The translations under genes were made by a program, and so were the position numbers. This document shows positions 8,035 through 16,069 of a stretch of DNA of 22,156 nt, one piece after another. Source of the DNA: an uncultured cyanobacterium (GTDB taxonomy: Bacteria > Cyanobacteriota > Cyanobacteriia > Cyanobacteriales > Cyanobacteriaceae); assembly GCA_963749915.1 (NCBI GenBank), contig CAVVOP010000012.1:1-22156 (forward strand), read 5' to 3'. Position 1 is the first letter of the stretch. Every line of letters begins with the position of its first letter. The notes beneath the pieces are model-generated. The model did not search any database and was not told where the DNA came from. It saw only the letters and a list, made by a program, of their open reading frames with translations.

Positions 8035-10441
8035 ATTAAAGTAGGAGTAGCTGTCCCCAGCTAAACCTCTCTTCAGAACGGTACGTGAGACTTTCACCTC
8101 ATACCGCTCCTCTCAAATATGTCCTTTGTCATAGGTACAAATCAACTGCCTTTGGTACTTCCATCACTTGCAGTTTTTATGTCATGACAATGTCGATGTA
8201 GAACTTGTAGATTATTATATTCATCTTTGCCCCCTAATGATTTGGGGATAACATGGTCGATTTCTACTAAGTCACCATCCTTTAAATATAGTCCACAGTG
8301 ATTACATTTACCCTTCTGTCTCTTGAGTAATGTTGCCATTCTCGTTAATAATTCTGGGTGCTTTCCTAACCTTGCTGACCAGTACAACATATCTCCATCG
8401 AAAAGGCTTTTATTCCCTTTGACTTTGACGTGTCTTACAATGGGTGTGTCTGAGTGTCTAAGAAGTTTTGTGCTATCTGTACTAAAACACCAATTTCTCA
8501 TTATGACCTTTGAGTAATCGGTGTGCCAGTATTTCTGAGCTACCCAAGAGTTTGATTTCTTAGGATGTCTTCTTTCAGCCCATCTTTTTAATTGTTGATA
8601 TAAAATATTGTCACAATAGTTGTATGTTTCTTTGCTACAGACAGTGCTGTAATAATTACTCCATCCTCTGATGATTGGATTTAATTTGGAAATTAAAGCC
8701 TCTTGAGATACACTTCTGTGACTTCTTATAATATCGCCAATCTTTTTGATGTGGGCTTTTACTTTACTTTTTGAGGGTTTTATGATAGTTTTAAATCCAA
8801 GTTGATTTCCGTGTGCGGATTTTCCACTTTGATATTTCCCAACGGGATATTGTCTGATGTTAAATCCTAGGAAGTCAAAGTCAAATTCTAAATTTCCTTC
8901 ATGCTCATTGAGTGTATGGGAAATTTTGGTTTTGCTCGGTTTTAATTCTAGCCCTACTTCTTTTAACCAGTTTTCAATAATTAATTTACATTGTAGGATT
9001 ATTTCTAAGTCTTTGTGCAGGATAACAAAATCGTCTGCATATCTTATAAGACTGAGGTTATCCTCATTCTCTTTTTTCCTACCTTTGAGAGTTCTGGCAA
9101 ATTTCTTGACTTCTAATTCCATACCGTGTAAGGCTATATTTGCCAGCAACGGAGATATAACTCCTCCTTGTGGCGTGCCTTTGTCAGTAGTAATTAGGTC
9201 TTTGTTTTCCATTACTCCACTCTTTAGCCAAGCCTTGACCTGTCTGTTTAGTTGGGGGTAAGAATTGAGTTTTGTAAGTAGTTTATTGTGATTGATATTG
9301 TCAAAACATCCTGCTATGTCCGCATCAAGTACATATTTAGGTACATATCTGATTGCGTTAAATATAGCTCCAATGGCATCGTGACATGACCTTGCTGGTC
9401 TAAATCCGTAGGAATTGTCCTCGAAAGTTGATTCCCATTCCGGTTCTAATCCTAGTTTGACGAGGGCTTGTAAGGCTCTATCTTTTATGGTAGGTATTCC
9501 TAGACCTCGCTTCTCATCATTTGCTTTTGGTATGAAAACTCGGCGTAATGGCTTTGCTTTTCTACCTATGCTTAGGTTATTAACAAGTTCAAGTCTTTGA
9601 TTGGGTGTGAGTGACTTTTTACCATCAACCCCTGCCGTTTTCTTGCCTTGATTATCTTGGGTCACACGTCTGGTTGCCCAGAGTTTTCCATAATAGGATT
9701 TGGTTAGTAATCGCTGTAAACTGTGAACCAATTTGACATCGCCACTTTGACTTGCTCTGAATATTCTTGTTTGTAACTTAAACGTTGCAATCTCTACGAT
9801 TTTCCAATCGATTTGATTCCAAGCGTTCCATTTATACTTTACGTTCATAACATTTGAATTACTACTAAAAACTATTCAATACATATCTAAGTGTGTACGT
9901 CAGCATATCCTTTTCATTACAAAAAGGCATTGGCTTTTTACACAATCTCTCCTCTTTGGGGCTTACGCTGGTTACTACTTGAGGTTTTCGACCTCCTCAA
10001 GAGCCGTTCTGAGGTTATTTCGTTCCTGTCTTCCGTATTTTCTGACTTTAGATTCTTACTCTCCACCGAGCTCTATATTGATGTTCCCAGTTCAAATCTA
10101 CAAATTTGCTGGTATGTTAGAGTGTTGCCTTTTGGCTATAGCTTATCAGCCTTATTTAGCTATTTCTGCTTCACGATGGTTATAACGTAAGTTCCTTGCG
10201 TAATCATAATCAGAATTGCTAGATGTGTACCACTTTAGGCTAGTAGTAGGAACACCATTTAACCCTGCGTTAGCCTATGAGTTACCACCTCAATTGACTA
10301 AGGGTTATGCTGTCAACCCAACATCTGGGCGGATGGTTTTGCACCACCACGAAAAACAAGTTGTCAAGGTACATATCTGTAAACCTTGCCTAGCTTACGT
10401 TTCAGTCAAGGGACTTAGACTTTGGCTAGAACGAATCGCAC
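8035..10441 (-). mobile_element. Group II intron (IIB/CL-like), 2407 nt
   Basis: 5' GTGCG at 10441; domain V GAGCGGTATGAGGTGAAAGTCTCACGTACCGTTC; domain VI ending in AT at 8035; removal restores the host reading frame. Confidence 0.95.
8142..9848 (-). CDS. ltrA: Group II intron reverse transcriptase/maturase with HNH endonuclease
   Basis: RGLGIPTIKDR, SYGFRP, GTPQGGVISPLLAN, YADD, maturase NPIIRGWSNYY, and C-terminal CNHC..DHVIP..NLQVLHRHCH. Confidence 0.97.
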   Translation of the reverse strand: MNVKYKWNAWNQIDWKIVEIATFKLQTRIFRASQSGDVKLVHSLQRLLTKSYYGKLWATRRVTQDNQGKKTAGVDGKKSLTPNQRLELVNNLSIGRKAKPLRRVFIPKANDEKRGLGIPTIKDRALQALVKLGLEPEWESTFEDNSYGFRPARSCHDAIGAIFNAIRYVPKYVLDADIAGCFDNINHNKLLTKLNSYPQLNRQVKAWLKSGVMENKDLITTDKGTPQGGVISPLLANIALHGMELEVKKFARTLKGRKKENEDNLSLIRYADDFVILHKDLEIILQCKLIIENWLKEVGLELKPSKTKISHTLNEHEGNLEFDFDFLGFNIRQYPVGKYQSGKSAHGNQLGFKTIIKPSKSKVKAHIKKIGDIIRSHRSVSQEALISKLNPIIRGWSNYYSTVCSKETYNYCDNILYQQLKRWAERRHPKKSNSWVAQKYWHTDYSKVIMRNWCFSTDSTKLLRHSDTPIVRHVKVKGNKSLFDGDMLYWSARLGKHPELLTRMATLLKRQKGKCNHCGLYLKDGDLVEIDHVIPKSLGGKDEYNNLQVLHRHCHDIKTASDGSTKGS

Positions 10442-10551
10442 TGTAAATCAGCAGGTATATCTACACCTTCAAGATTCTCAATTGTCTCCTCTAATTCCTG
10501 AAGGCGATCGCTTAATTCATAGAGTTTGTATGTACCTTTAGTTTCTGTCAT
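10442..10551 (-). CDS. Siphovirus Gp157-family protein, exon 1
   Basis: ATG at 10551; MTETKGTYKLYELSDRLQELEETIENLEGVDIPADL-H (codon CA|C split by the intron). Confidence 0.85.
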
Positions 10552-10613
10552 GTTTTTAGTGTTAGTGAGTAGTAATTGATTTGTAGGTGAGGGCGGTTAA
10601 ACCCTCTAATTTC

Positions 10614-10979
10614 TTATTTATTTACCTTTTTTCCTCCTTTATTTCCGTTCCCCATTCCCTGTTCCCCGTTTCCTTTAGACTTAGGAGATTCTACTTGATT
10701 AGCATAGACAAATAGCTTACTTTTTTTCTCTCCTTCTTCTGTTTTCCATGAATTTTGTTCAATCTTTCCTGATACAATTACATAACTTCCTGAGTGCAAA
10801 TAGTTATTAACAAACATGGCTTGATTTCCCCAACATTCTACAGGTATCCATGAGGTTTTTTCCTCTCCTTTTATTACTGTATTGACTGCTATACTAAAGC
10901 TAACTTTTGTCGAGTTCTCATAAACATTCATGGTAGGTTCTGCACCTATATAACCAGCTATTGTTACTGTATTTATCAT
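10614..10979 (-). CDS. ssb: Single-stranded DNA-binding protein
   Basis: MINTVTIAGYIG..FSIAVN..TSWIPVECWG..VSGKIEQNSWK OB-fold pattern. Confidence 0.93.
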   Translation of the reverse strand: MINTVTIAGYIGAEPTMNVYENSTKVSFSIAVNTVIKGEEKTSWIPVECWGNQAMFVNNYLHSGSYVIVSGKIEQNSWKTEEGEKKSKLFVYANQVESPKSKGNGEQGMGNGNKGGKKVNK

Positions 10980-11185
10980 TCTTATTTCTTACCTTTTTAA
11001 TTTGACTTTCCTATAACTTAAGATTAGTATTAAGGCTTATTTCTCTCTCTTAATGTTTCCTTTCGTTACTCTTCTATTGTATATTATTTCCTCGAAAATA
11101 TCAATTACTTTATTATATATAATTAAGAATAAAAAACAATAAAAATGTTATAATAAGGATAAATATAGTAAATTAAAATTAATTT

Positions 11186-11698
11186 ATGGATAATAAATCA
11201 CAGACTCAAATAGTTGATAAAAGCTTAGTTAATGTCCCCCTAAAGTTTAATTTACTGGAAGATGAGGACATCGAACAAGCTAGTATTGTTTTCTCGGCAA
11301 TGCGTACTTATATTAAACGTTATTTAGTAGAAAAAATAGATTATGGTACTATCCCTTATTGTGGGAATAAAGAGGTTTTATTTAAAGCTGGTGCAGAAAA
11401 GCTCCTTCGTCTTTTTCGTTTACGTCCTACATTTGATTTAATTGATAAAATTGTAGATTATGAGACAGAATTATTCCATTATCATTATTGTTGTTCTCTC
11501 TATCGTTTTGGTGAATTGGTAGGTCAATGTGATGGAATTGCTAATAGTAGAGAAAAAAAATTTATTAAACAGATTAATAATAAAGATTATAGTGTTATTA
11601 ATACTTTATGTAAGATGTCACAAAAAAGATCTATGGTTGGTGCTGTACTTATAGTTTGTGGTGCGTCTGAGTACTTCAGTCAAGATTTAGAAGATTAG
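11186..11698 (+). CDS. Phage-type hypothetical protein, putative single-strand annealing protein
   Basis: DYGTIP..LFKAGAEKL..NTLCKMSQKRSMVGAVL..FSQDLED; divergent from ssb. Confidence 0.55.
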   Translation: MDNKSQTQIVDKSLVNVPLKFNLLEDEDIEQASIVFSAMRTYIKRYLVEKIDYGTIPYCGNKEVLFKAGAEKLLRLFRLRPTFDLIDKIVDYETELFHYHYCCSLYRFGELVGQCDGIANSREKKFIKQINNKDYSVINTLCKMSQKRSMVGAVLIVCGASEYFSQDLED

Positions 11699-11882
11699 TA
11701 AAGCTAAAATCAATGAAGGTAAGTTAAGGAATTATCCCTAGCTTACTTATTTACAAATCAAACAAAAAGGTAAACGAATAAATAAAATATATATCGATTC
11801 TCTTTTTATATATCTCATGTTATCATATTTTAAAATTATCTTAATTATACGTTATACTTTATTTATTATATATTAGATTATT

Positions 11883-12251
11883 ATGTCAGAATTGAGACCA
11901 GGTCATATTCTTCCTGATGAATATAAAGAAAAGGCGATCGCCAATGGTATAAATATAAAAACAGTATATCAAAGAATAAAGAGGGGATGGGAAATAGATA
12001 AAGCTGTAACAACGCCACCGAGTAAAACGGGAACATCGGCAATATATAATAAAAGAGTACATGGATCTATAACAGCAGGTGATCGCCCAAAAGGATCACC
12101 GATAACTTTTACTATGTATAAAGACTTAGAGGATTTATTTAATGATGCCTTGAAAGAAAGTAAATTAACAAGAAGTGATTTTGTAGCTAATGCAGTTGAA
12201 CAATATTTATTAAAATGGACTCCAAAGAAAAATCTCAGCAAAATAAAGTAA
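11883..12251 (+). CDS. DNA-binding protein (phage-type HTH plus RHH-like C-terminus)
   Basis: NGINIKTVYQRIKRGWEIDKAVTTP; ITFTM..TRSDFVANAVEQYL. Confidence 0.7.
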   Translation: MSELRPGHILPDEYKEKAIANGINIKTVYQRIKRGWEIDKAVTTPPSKTGTSAIYNKRVHGSITAGDRPKGSPITFTMYKDLEDLFNDALKESKLTRSDFVANAVEQYLLKWTPKKNLSKIK

Positions 12252-12395
12252 TTACAGTGGATTTCTCTAATAGGGAAACAGGGAATGTAGAGATTTACAC
12301 AGAACAACCTAAAATTATTAATCATCCAATAATTAGAGAAAGACGGAAAAGATTAGGCTTAAAGCTAAAAATTAATAATCGATGGTTTTAAGTTT

Positions 12396-12415
12396 GGGCG
12401 AAAAGCCCTTTTTTT
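12396..12415 (+). terminator. Rho-independent terminator
   Basis: GGGC-GAAAA-GCCC followed by T7. Confidence 0.6.
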
Positions 12416-12535
12416 CTGACTCTTATCTAGGAAAGGTGTTAGGATTTATGGTTTTTGTTTACCGTCATTAAAAACCGCTTCGCTAAGGACTTTTCCATAG
12501 TAGGCGGTTTTGTGTTGATAAATTGTTAATGTTAG

Positions 12536-13019
12536 TTGTCTGTAAATATTTACATTCCTCGATGGGCTTCGTAACTAGCCACTTCTCGATCTAATCTTTC
12601 GTATTCTTCGATGTAATCAAACTCACCATTAATTAAATGGTAATAGTCTTGTTGTTCCTGATGTTCCTGATATTGGCGGTTAATTTTTTCTTCTTCGGTG
12701 AACTCTAGGTATTCCTCAAAGCTATTGAATCCTAGATAAGACAAAAGGGCATAACCATGTTTGCATAAGGCTTTCTCTTGTCTGTAAATATTTACATTCC
12801 TCGATGGGCTTCGTAACTAGCCACTTCTCGATCTAATCTTTCGTATTCTTCGATGTAATCAAACTCACCATTAATTAAATGGTAATAGTCTTGTTGTTCC
12901 TGATGTTCCTGATATTGGCGGTTAATTTTTTCTTCTTCGGTGAACTCTAGGTATTCCTCAAAGCTATTGAATCCTAGATAAGACAAAAGGGCGTAACCAT
13001 GTTTGCATAAGGCTTTCTC
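12536..13019. repeat. 242-bp tandem duplication of the SWIM gene 3' end
   Basis: 12536-12777 versus 12778-13019; single mismatch (12751 A / 12993 G). Confidence 0.95.
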
Positions 13020-13352
13020 CCCTTCAAATACGATCCATTGATTGCCATAATCTGGGCAGGTGCAATCAATAAAGCAATCATTAGGGGTTAAGGTGTATTC
13101 CGTTCCTTTGATGGTGTTTTTAGCAGTGTAGGTATTATCTTGATTATCGATAATCTCAATGTCACTGCTACGGGCTGCACGATCGCTTCCCATGATTTGT
13201 TTAACTTCTTCTGCCGTTACCTTAATTTGTTCTCCTGTTTTTAGGGTTACTGTGCAATATTTGTTACTGCTAACCTTGATCATCTTTATATCTTTGCGAT
13301 CAATCCATGTAACCTTTTCTAGGTTACTGAAATTAAATAATATATGTGACAT
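12792..13352 (-). CDS. SWIM zinc-finger protein
   Basis: CTCPD...CKH (CxC-xn-CxH). Confidence 0.85.
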   Translation of the reverse strand: MSHILFNFSNLEKVTWIDRKDIKMIKVSSNKYCTVTLKTGEQIKVTAEEVKQIMGSDRAARSSDIEIIDNQDNTYTAKNTIKGTEYTLTPNDCFIDCTCPDYGNQWIVFEGEKALCKHGYALLSYLGFNSFEEYLEFTEEEKINRQYQEHQEQQDYYHLINGEFDYIEEYERLDREVASYEAHRGM

Positions 13353-13475
13353 GACTTTTTTACCTTTTTGTTTGATTAACTTTATTATAGCACATCCCCT
13401 TGAATATATGTAAGAAAATAGTAAATATTTTTAAGAAAATAAGTTATAATAGATGTATCAAACAAATAAAGGTAA

Positions 13476-13700
13476 ATGAAAAAAATGTATTATCTATCTT
13501 CGTTAAACAATCAGGAAAAATTAGAAGTTGTTTTGTCAGACTTAGAACACGCTTTAGTTATCCTTGATGAGGTTTCGGATAAGTTTCGTTCCACTCCTTC
13601 AGAATTAGCACGAATTGAAGGGGATTTATTACGGTTAATCGAATCTATTGATTGTGAGATTCAAGATAATGAATTTCAAGGTCTGGGTAACGTAGCTTAA
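13476..13700 (+). CDS. Small acidic hypothetical protein
   Basis: AAGGT RBS-like motif and TATAAT upstream; helical acidic sequence. Confidence 0.65.
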   Translation: MKKMYYLSSLNNQEKLEVVLSDLEHALVILDEVSDKFRSTPSELARIEGDLLRLIESIDCEIQDNEFQGLGNVA

Positions 13701-14067
13701 TTTATTCGGGGGGGCTTCGTCCCTTCCTTCACATAAATAAATGGGGACACTACGCCCCCAGTAAACCACCACTGACCACAGGTTCGGCAAGCTCACTGAC
13801 CACTCTTTCACCAAAACTAGGGGGCGAGGAGTGAAGCGTGGGGAGGAAGTGGAGCGAGTGGAGCGACTGACGAAGGAGGGAGACGGAACGAACGCAACGC
13901 AGCGAGACGGCGAAACGACGAAGCACGAACCCACCGCACGAATAGTAAACAATAATGGGTGGGAGAAAATAACAAATGGAGCGGTAACTAAGCAAAGATA
14001 AACGATGATTCCTTATCAGAAAACCAGCGACACAACAGGGTGGGCTATTTTAGAGCCTGGGTAAGAA

Positions 14068-14313
14068 TTATGAAACAAAATAATTACTATTCTCATCAAA
14101 AAACCATCCTTTACCTTCTGGGTCTTTTGATTTCGTCCATTCTATATATTCTTCTTTCGTTATCTTATTATCTCTAAATTTCTTTTTATATTGATTTATT
14201 GCACCTCTGGAGACATTAAATCTTTTAGCTAATTCTGTTGTATTTAATTCTATTCGCTCAAGGTTATCTGATAAGCGATCGCTTTCTAATTCTATATTTT
14301 CAGATGATTTTTT
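14068..14313 (-). pseudogene. C-terminal HTH half of the split gene
   Basis: KKSSENIELES..TTELAKRFNVSRGAI..EWTKSKDPEGKGWFF; begins at the 21-bp repeat. Confidence 0.75.
14293..14313 (+). repeat. 21-bp direct repeat, right copy
   Basis: Identical to 1388-1408. Confidence 0.9.
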
Positions 14314-14419
14314 ATCATTGAACTTCAGCAAAAGACGAACAGCGATCGCTATAATCAATTCAAAGTTCAAAATTCAAAATGCTTCCTGTGACATAGAAAC
14401 TGAATGAATCTAAAATCAG

Positions 14420-15046
14420 ATGACAAACATACAATCAAAGTTTATTAATTTTGAAGGTGGAAAAATCCATTATTTAGAAGTGGGTAAAAAAGACCAGCCT
14501 TGTGTTTTATTATTACATGGAGCAAGTTTCAAAGCCCAAACTTGGCAGGATTTAGGCACTTTACAATTGATAGCGGAAAAGAATTATCATGCTTTAGCGA
14601 TCGATTTACCTGGATATGGTAATTCAACTGTCGTTTCTACTCCTCCTGCTCAGTTTCTCTCAATCTTATTAGAAGCTTTGAATTTAGATGCACCGATAAT
14701 TATTTCTCCTTCTATGAGTGGAAATTATAGTTTCCCACTAGTTGTTCATCATCGAGAACAATTAAGTGGTTTGGTGGCGCTCACCGAAGGTGCGGCTACG
14801 CCGATCGCTCCTGTCAGTATAAGTAAATATGCTCAACAATTGCAGGGGGTTAATTTACCTACTTTAGCAATTTGGGGAAGTAATGACAGAATTGTACCCA
14901 CTCGAATGGCAGATAAGTTAGTTGAATTAATGCCGAATGCGTCAAAAGTCATTTTAAAGGGTGCTGGTCATGCTTGCTATATGAGAGCAACAGATGAATT
15001 TCATGATCATTTGATTCAGTTCATTAACCAAATATTCAATCAATAA
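14420..15046 (+). CDS. Alpha/beta hydrolase (ABHD14-like)
   Basis: LLLHGASF, AIDLPGYG, SPSMSG, WGSND and GAGHACY motifs. Confidence 0.93.
   Translation: MTNIQSKFINFEGGKIHYLEVGKKDQPCVLLLHGASFKAQTWQDLGTLQLIAEKNYHALAIDLPGYGNSTVVSTPPAQFLSILLEALNLDAPIIISPSMSGNYSFPLVVHHREQLSGLVALTEGAATPIAPVSISKYAQQLQGVNLPTLAIWGSNDRIVPTRMADKLVELMPNASKVILKGAGHACYMRATDEFHDHLIQFINQIFNQ
14777..14808 (+). repeat. 24-nt SDR5-like in-frame insertion in HIP1
   Basis: GCG|CTCACCGAAGGTGCGGCTACGCCG|ATCGC adds LTEGAATP. Confidence 0.85.
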
Positions 15047-15104
15047 ATAATGAGCAGTTTCAGGTGTTAGTTGACAGGTGTTGGGTAATAGTTTTGAGAA
15101 ATAA

Positions 15105-15161
15105 GCGATCGCGTAGCGCCAGCCTTTGGCTGATCGTGCGTAGCACGCCACTGCCTGATCG
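15105..15161 (+). repeat. Compound SDR5-like hairpin cluster at a HIP1 site
   Basis: HIP1 followed by CAGCC-TTT-GGCTG and CGTGC-GTA-GCACG hairpins with repeated GATCG. Confidence 0.65.
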
Positions 15162-15282
15162 TTTATACTTTTACAGTTGAGAGCATAATTCTGAGATTCA
15201 TTAGGAAATTAAAGAGTTTAATCCTAAATATAAAAGAGATTGCTATAATTAATCAAATTATTATTATTGGAGAAGGGATACT

Positions 15283-15525
15283 ATGCTCACAGAAACGATG
15301 GTTAAACCTTCTATTTGGATTGACCAAGAAATTAAATTAACACCAGTTAAAAATCTTTTTTTATTTAAGTTTAGCGAGACTTTACAAAATAGATTAGATG
15401 AACTTTCTCAAAAAAGAAATCAAGAACAATTATCTGTAGAGGAAGAAGCAGAATTGGCAGGAATACTAGAGTTAAATCAAATTTTTACTCTTTTAAATGC
15501 TAAAATTATTGCTGAACCTCAATGA
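15283..15525 (+). CDS. Small antitoxin-like protein coupled to the HNH gene
   Basis: LQNRLDELSQKRNQEQLSVEEEAEL; ATGA overlap with the next gene. Confidence 0.7.
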   Translation: MLTETMVKPSIWIDQEIKLTPVKNLFLFKFSETLQNRLDELSQKRNQEQLSVEEEAELAGILELNQIFTLLNAKIIAEPQ

Positions 15526-15971
15526 TTAATTCCAACCTGCGTCAGTTAATACGAAAGCGAGCGAATTATTTGTGTGAATATTGTCACTCACCAGAAGAAG
15601 CTAGTGCGGCACTTTTTCAGATAGATCATATTACTCCTCAATCATTGGGCGGTTCTGACTCTCCAGAAAATCTAGCTTTAGCTTGTCAACGGTGTAATAG
15701 TTATCGTTATAATTTTACGACTGCTATTGATCCACAAACTCAACAAGAAGTAAATCTTTATAATCCTCGCCAACAAAAATGGTCAGAACATTTCATCTGG
15801 AGTGCAGACGGTTGTTTTATTATTGGACAAACAATTATTGGACGTGCTACTTGTCATCGTCTTGATTTTAACGATCAATACCATAATGACGGATTTATTA
15901 TTAAAGCAAGGCGACTATGGGTAATTGGTGGTTGGCATCCTCCCAGCGAAGAGGCGAAACTCTCCGACTAA
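15522..15971 (+). CDS. HNH endonuclease
   Basis: CEYC..IDHITP..GG..NLALACQRCN. Confidence 0.92.
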   Translation: MINSNLRQLIRKRANYLCEYCHSPEEASAALFQIDHITPQSLGGSDSPENLALACQRCNSYRYNFTTAIDPQTQQEVNLYNPRQQKWSEHFIWSADGCFIIGQTIIGRATCHRLDFNDQYHNDGFIIKARRLWVIGGWHPPSEEAKLSD

Positions 15972-16069
15972 ACACCGTTACCAGTTATCAGCTTATTGAT
16001 TTTGTATTTTGGATTACCTTTGATGTTAATATCTTGGTTATTGATGGCATTTAATAAAGATATTTAGCT

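Noticed and set aside
8142..10441. Retron or defence-associated RT
   Set aside because: GTGCG start, domain V/VI and frame-restoring exons identify a group II intron.
9891..10446. Plus-strand ORFs 9891-10190, 9979-10185 and 10216-10446
   Set aside because: Antisense to the intron ribozyme domains; no protein motifs.
12550..12744. Independent 64-aa gene
   Set aside because: It is the duplicated tail of the SWIM gene, with a TTG start and no evident RBS.
8142..13019. Diversity-generating retroelement (RT, near-identical repeat pair, Avd-like four-helix fragment at 2461)
   Set aside because: The RT has group II maturase and HNH domains inside a full intron. The repeat pair differs at one synonymous non-adenine coding position. 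The four-helix gene is a distant 28-aa stub.
7596..13700. Prophage
   Set aside because: Phage-like recombination genes are present, but there are no capsid, terminase, tail or lysis genes, and the context is plasmid-like.
13635..13995. Minus-strand ORFs 13635-13952 and 13750-13995
   Set aside because: Ser/Arg/Pro-rich products of a skewed GC-rich tract that is poor in stop codons; no coding evidence.
14314..14370. Hydrophobic N-terminus MNFELIIAIAVRLLL as a signal peptide
   Set aside because: Lies outside the 21-bp junction, starts with TTG in a heptamer repeat; probably fortuitous read-through.
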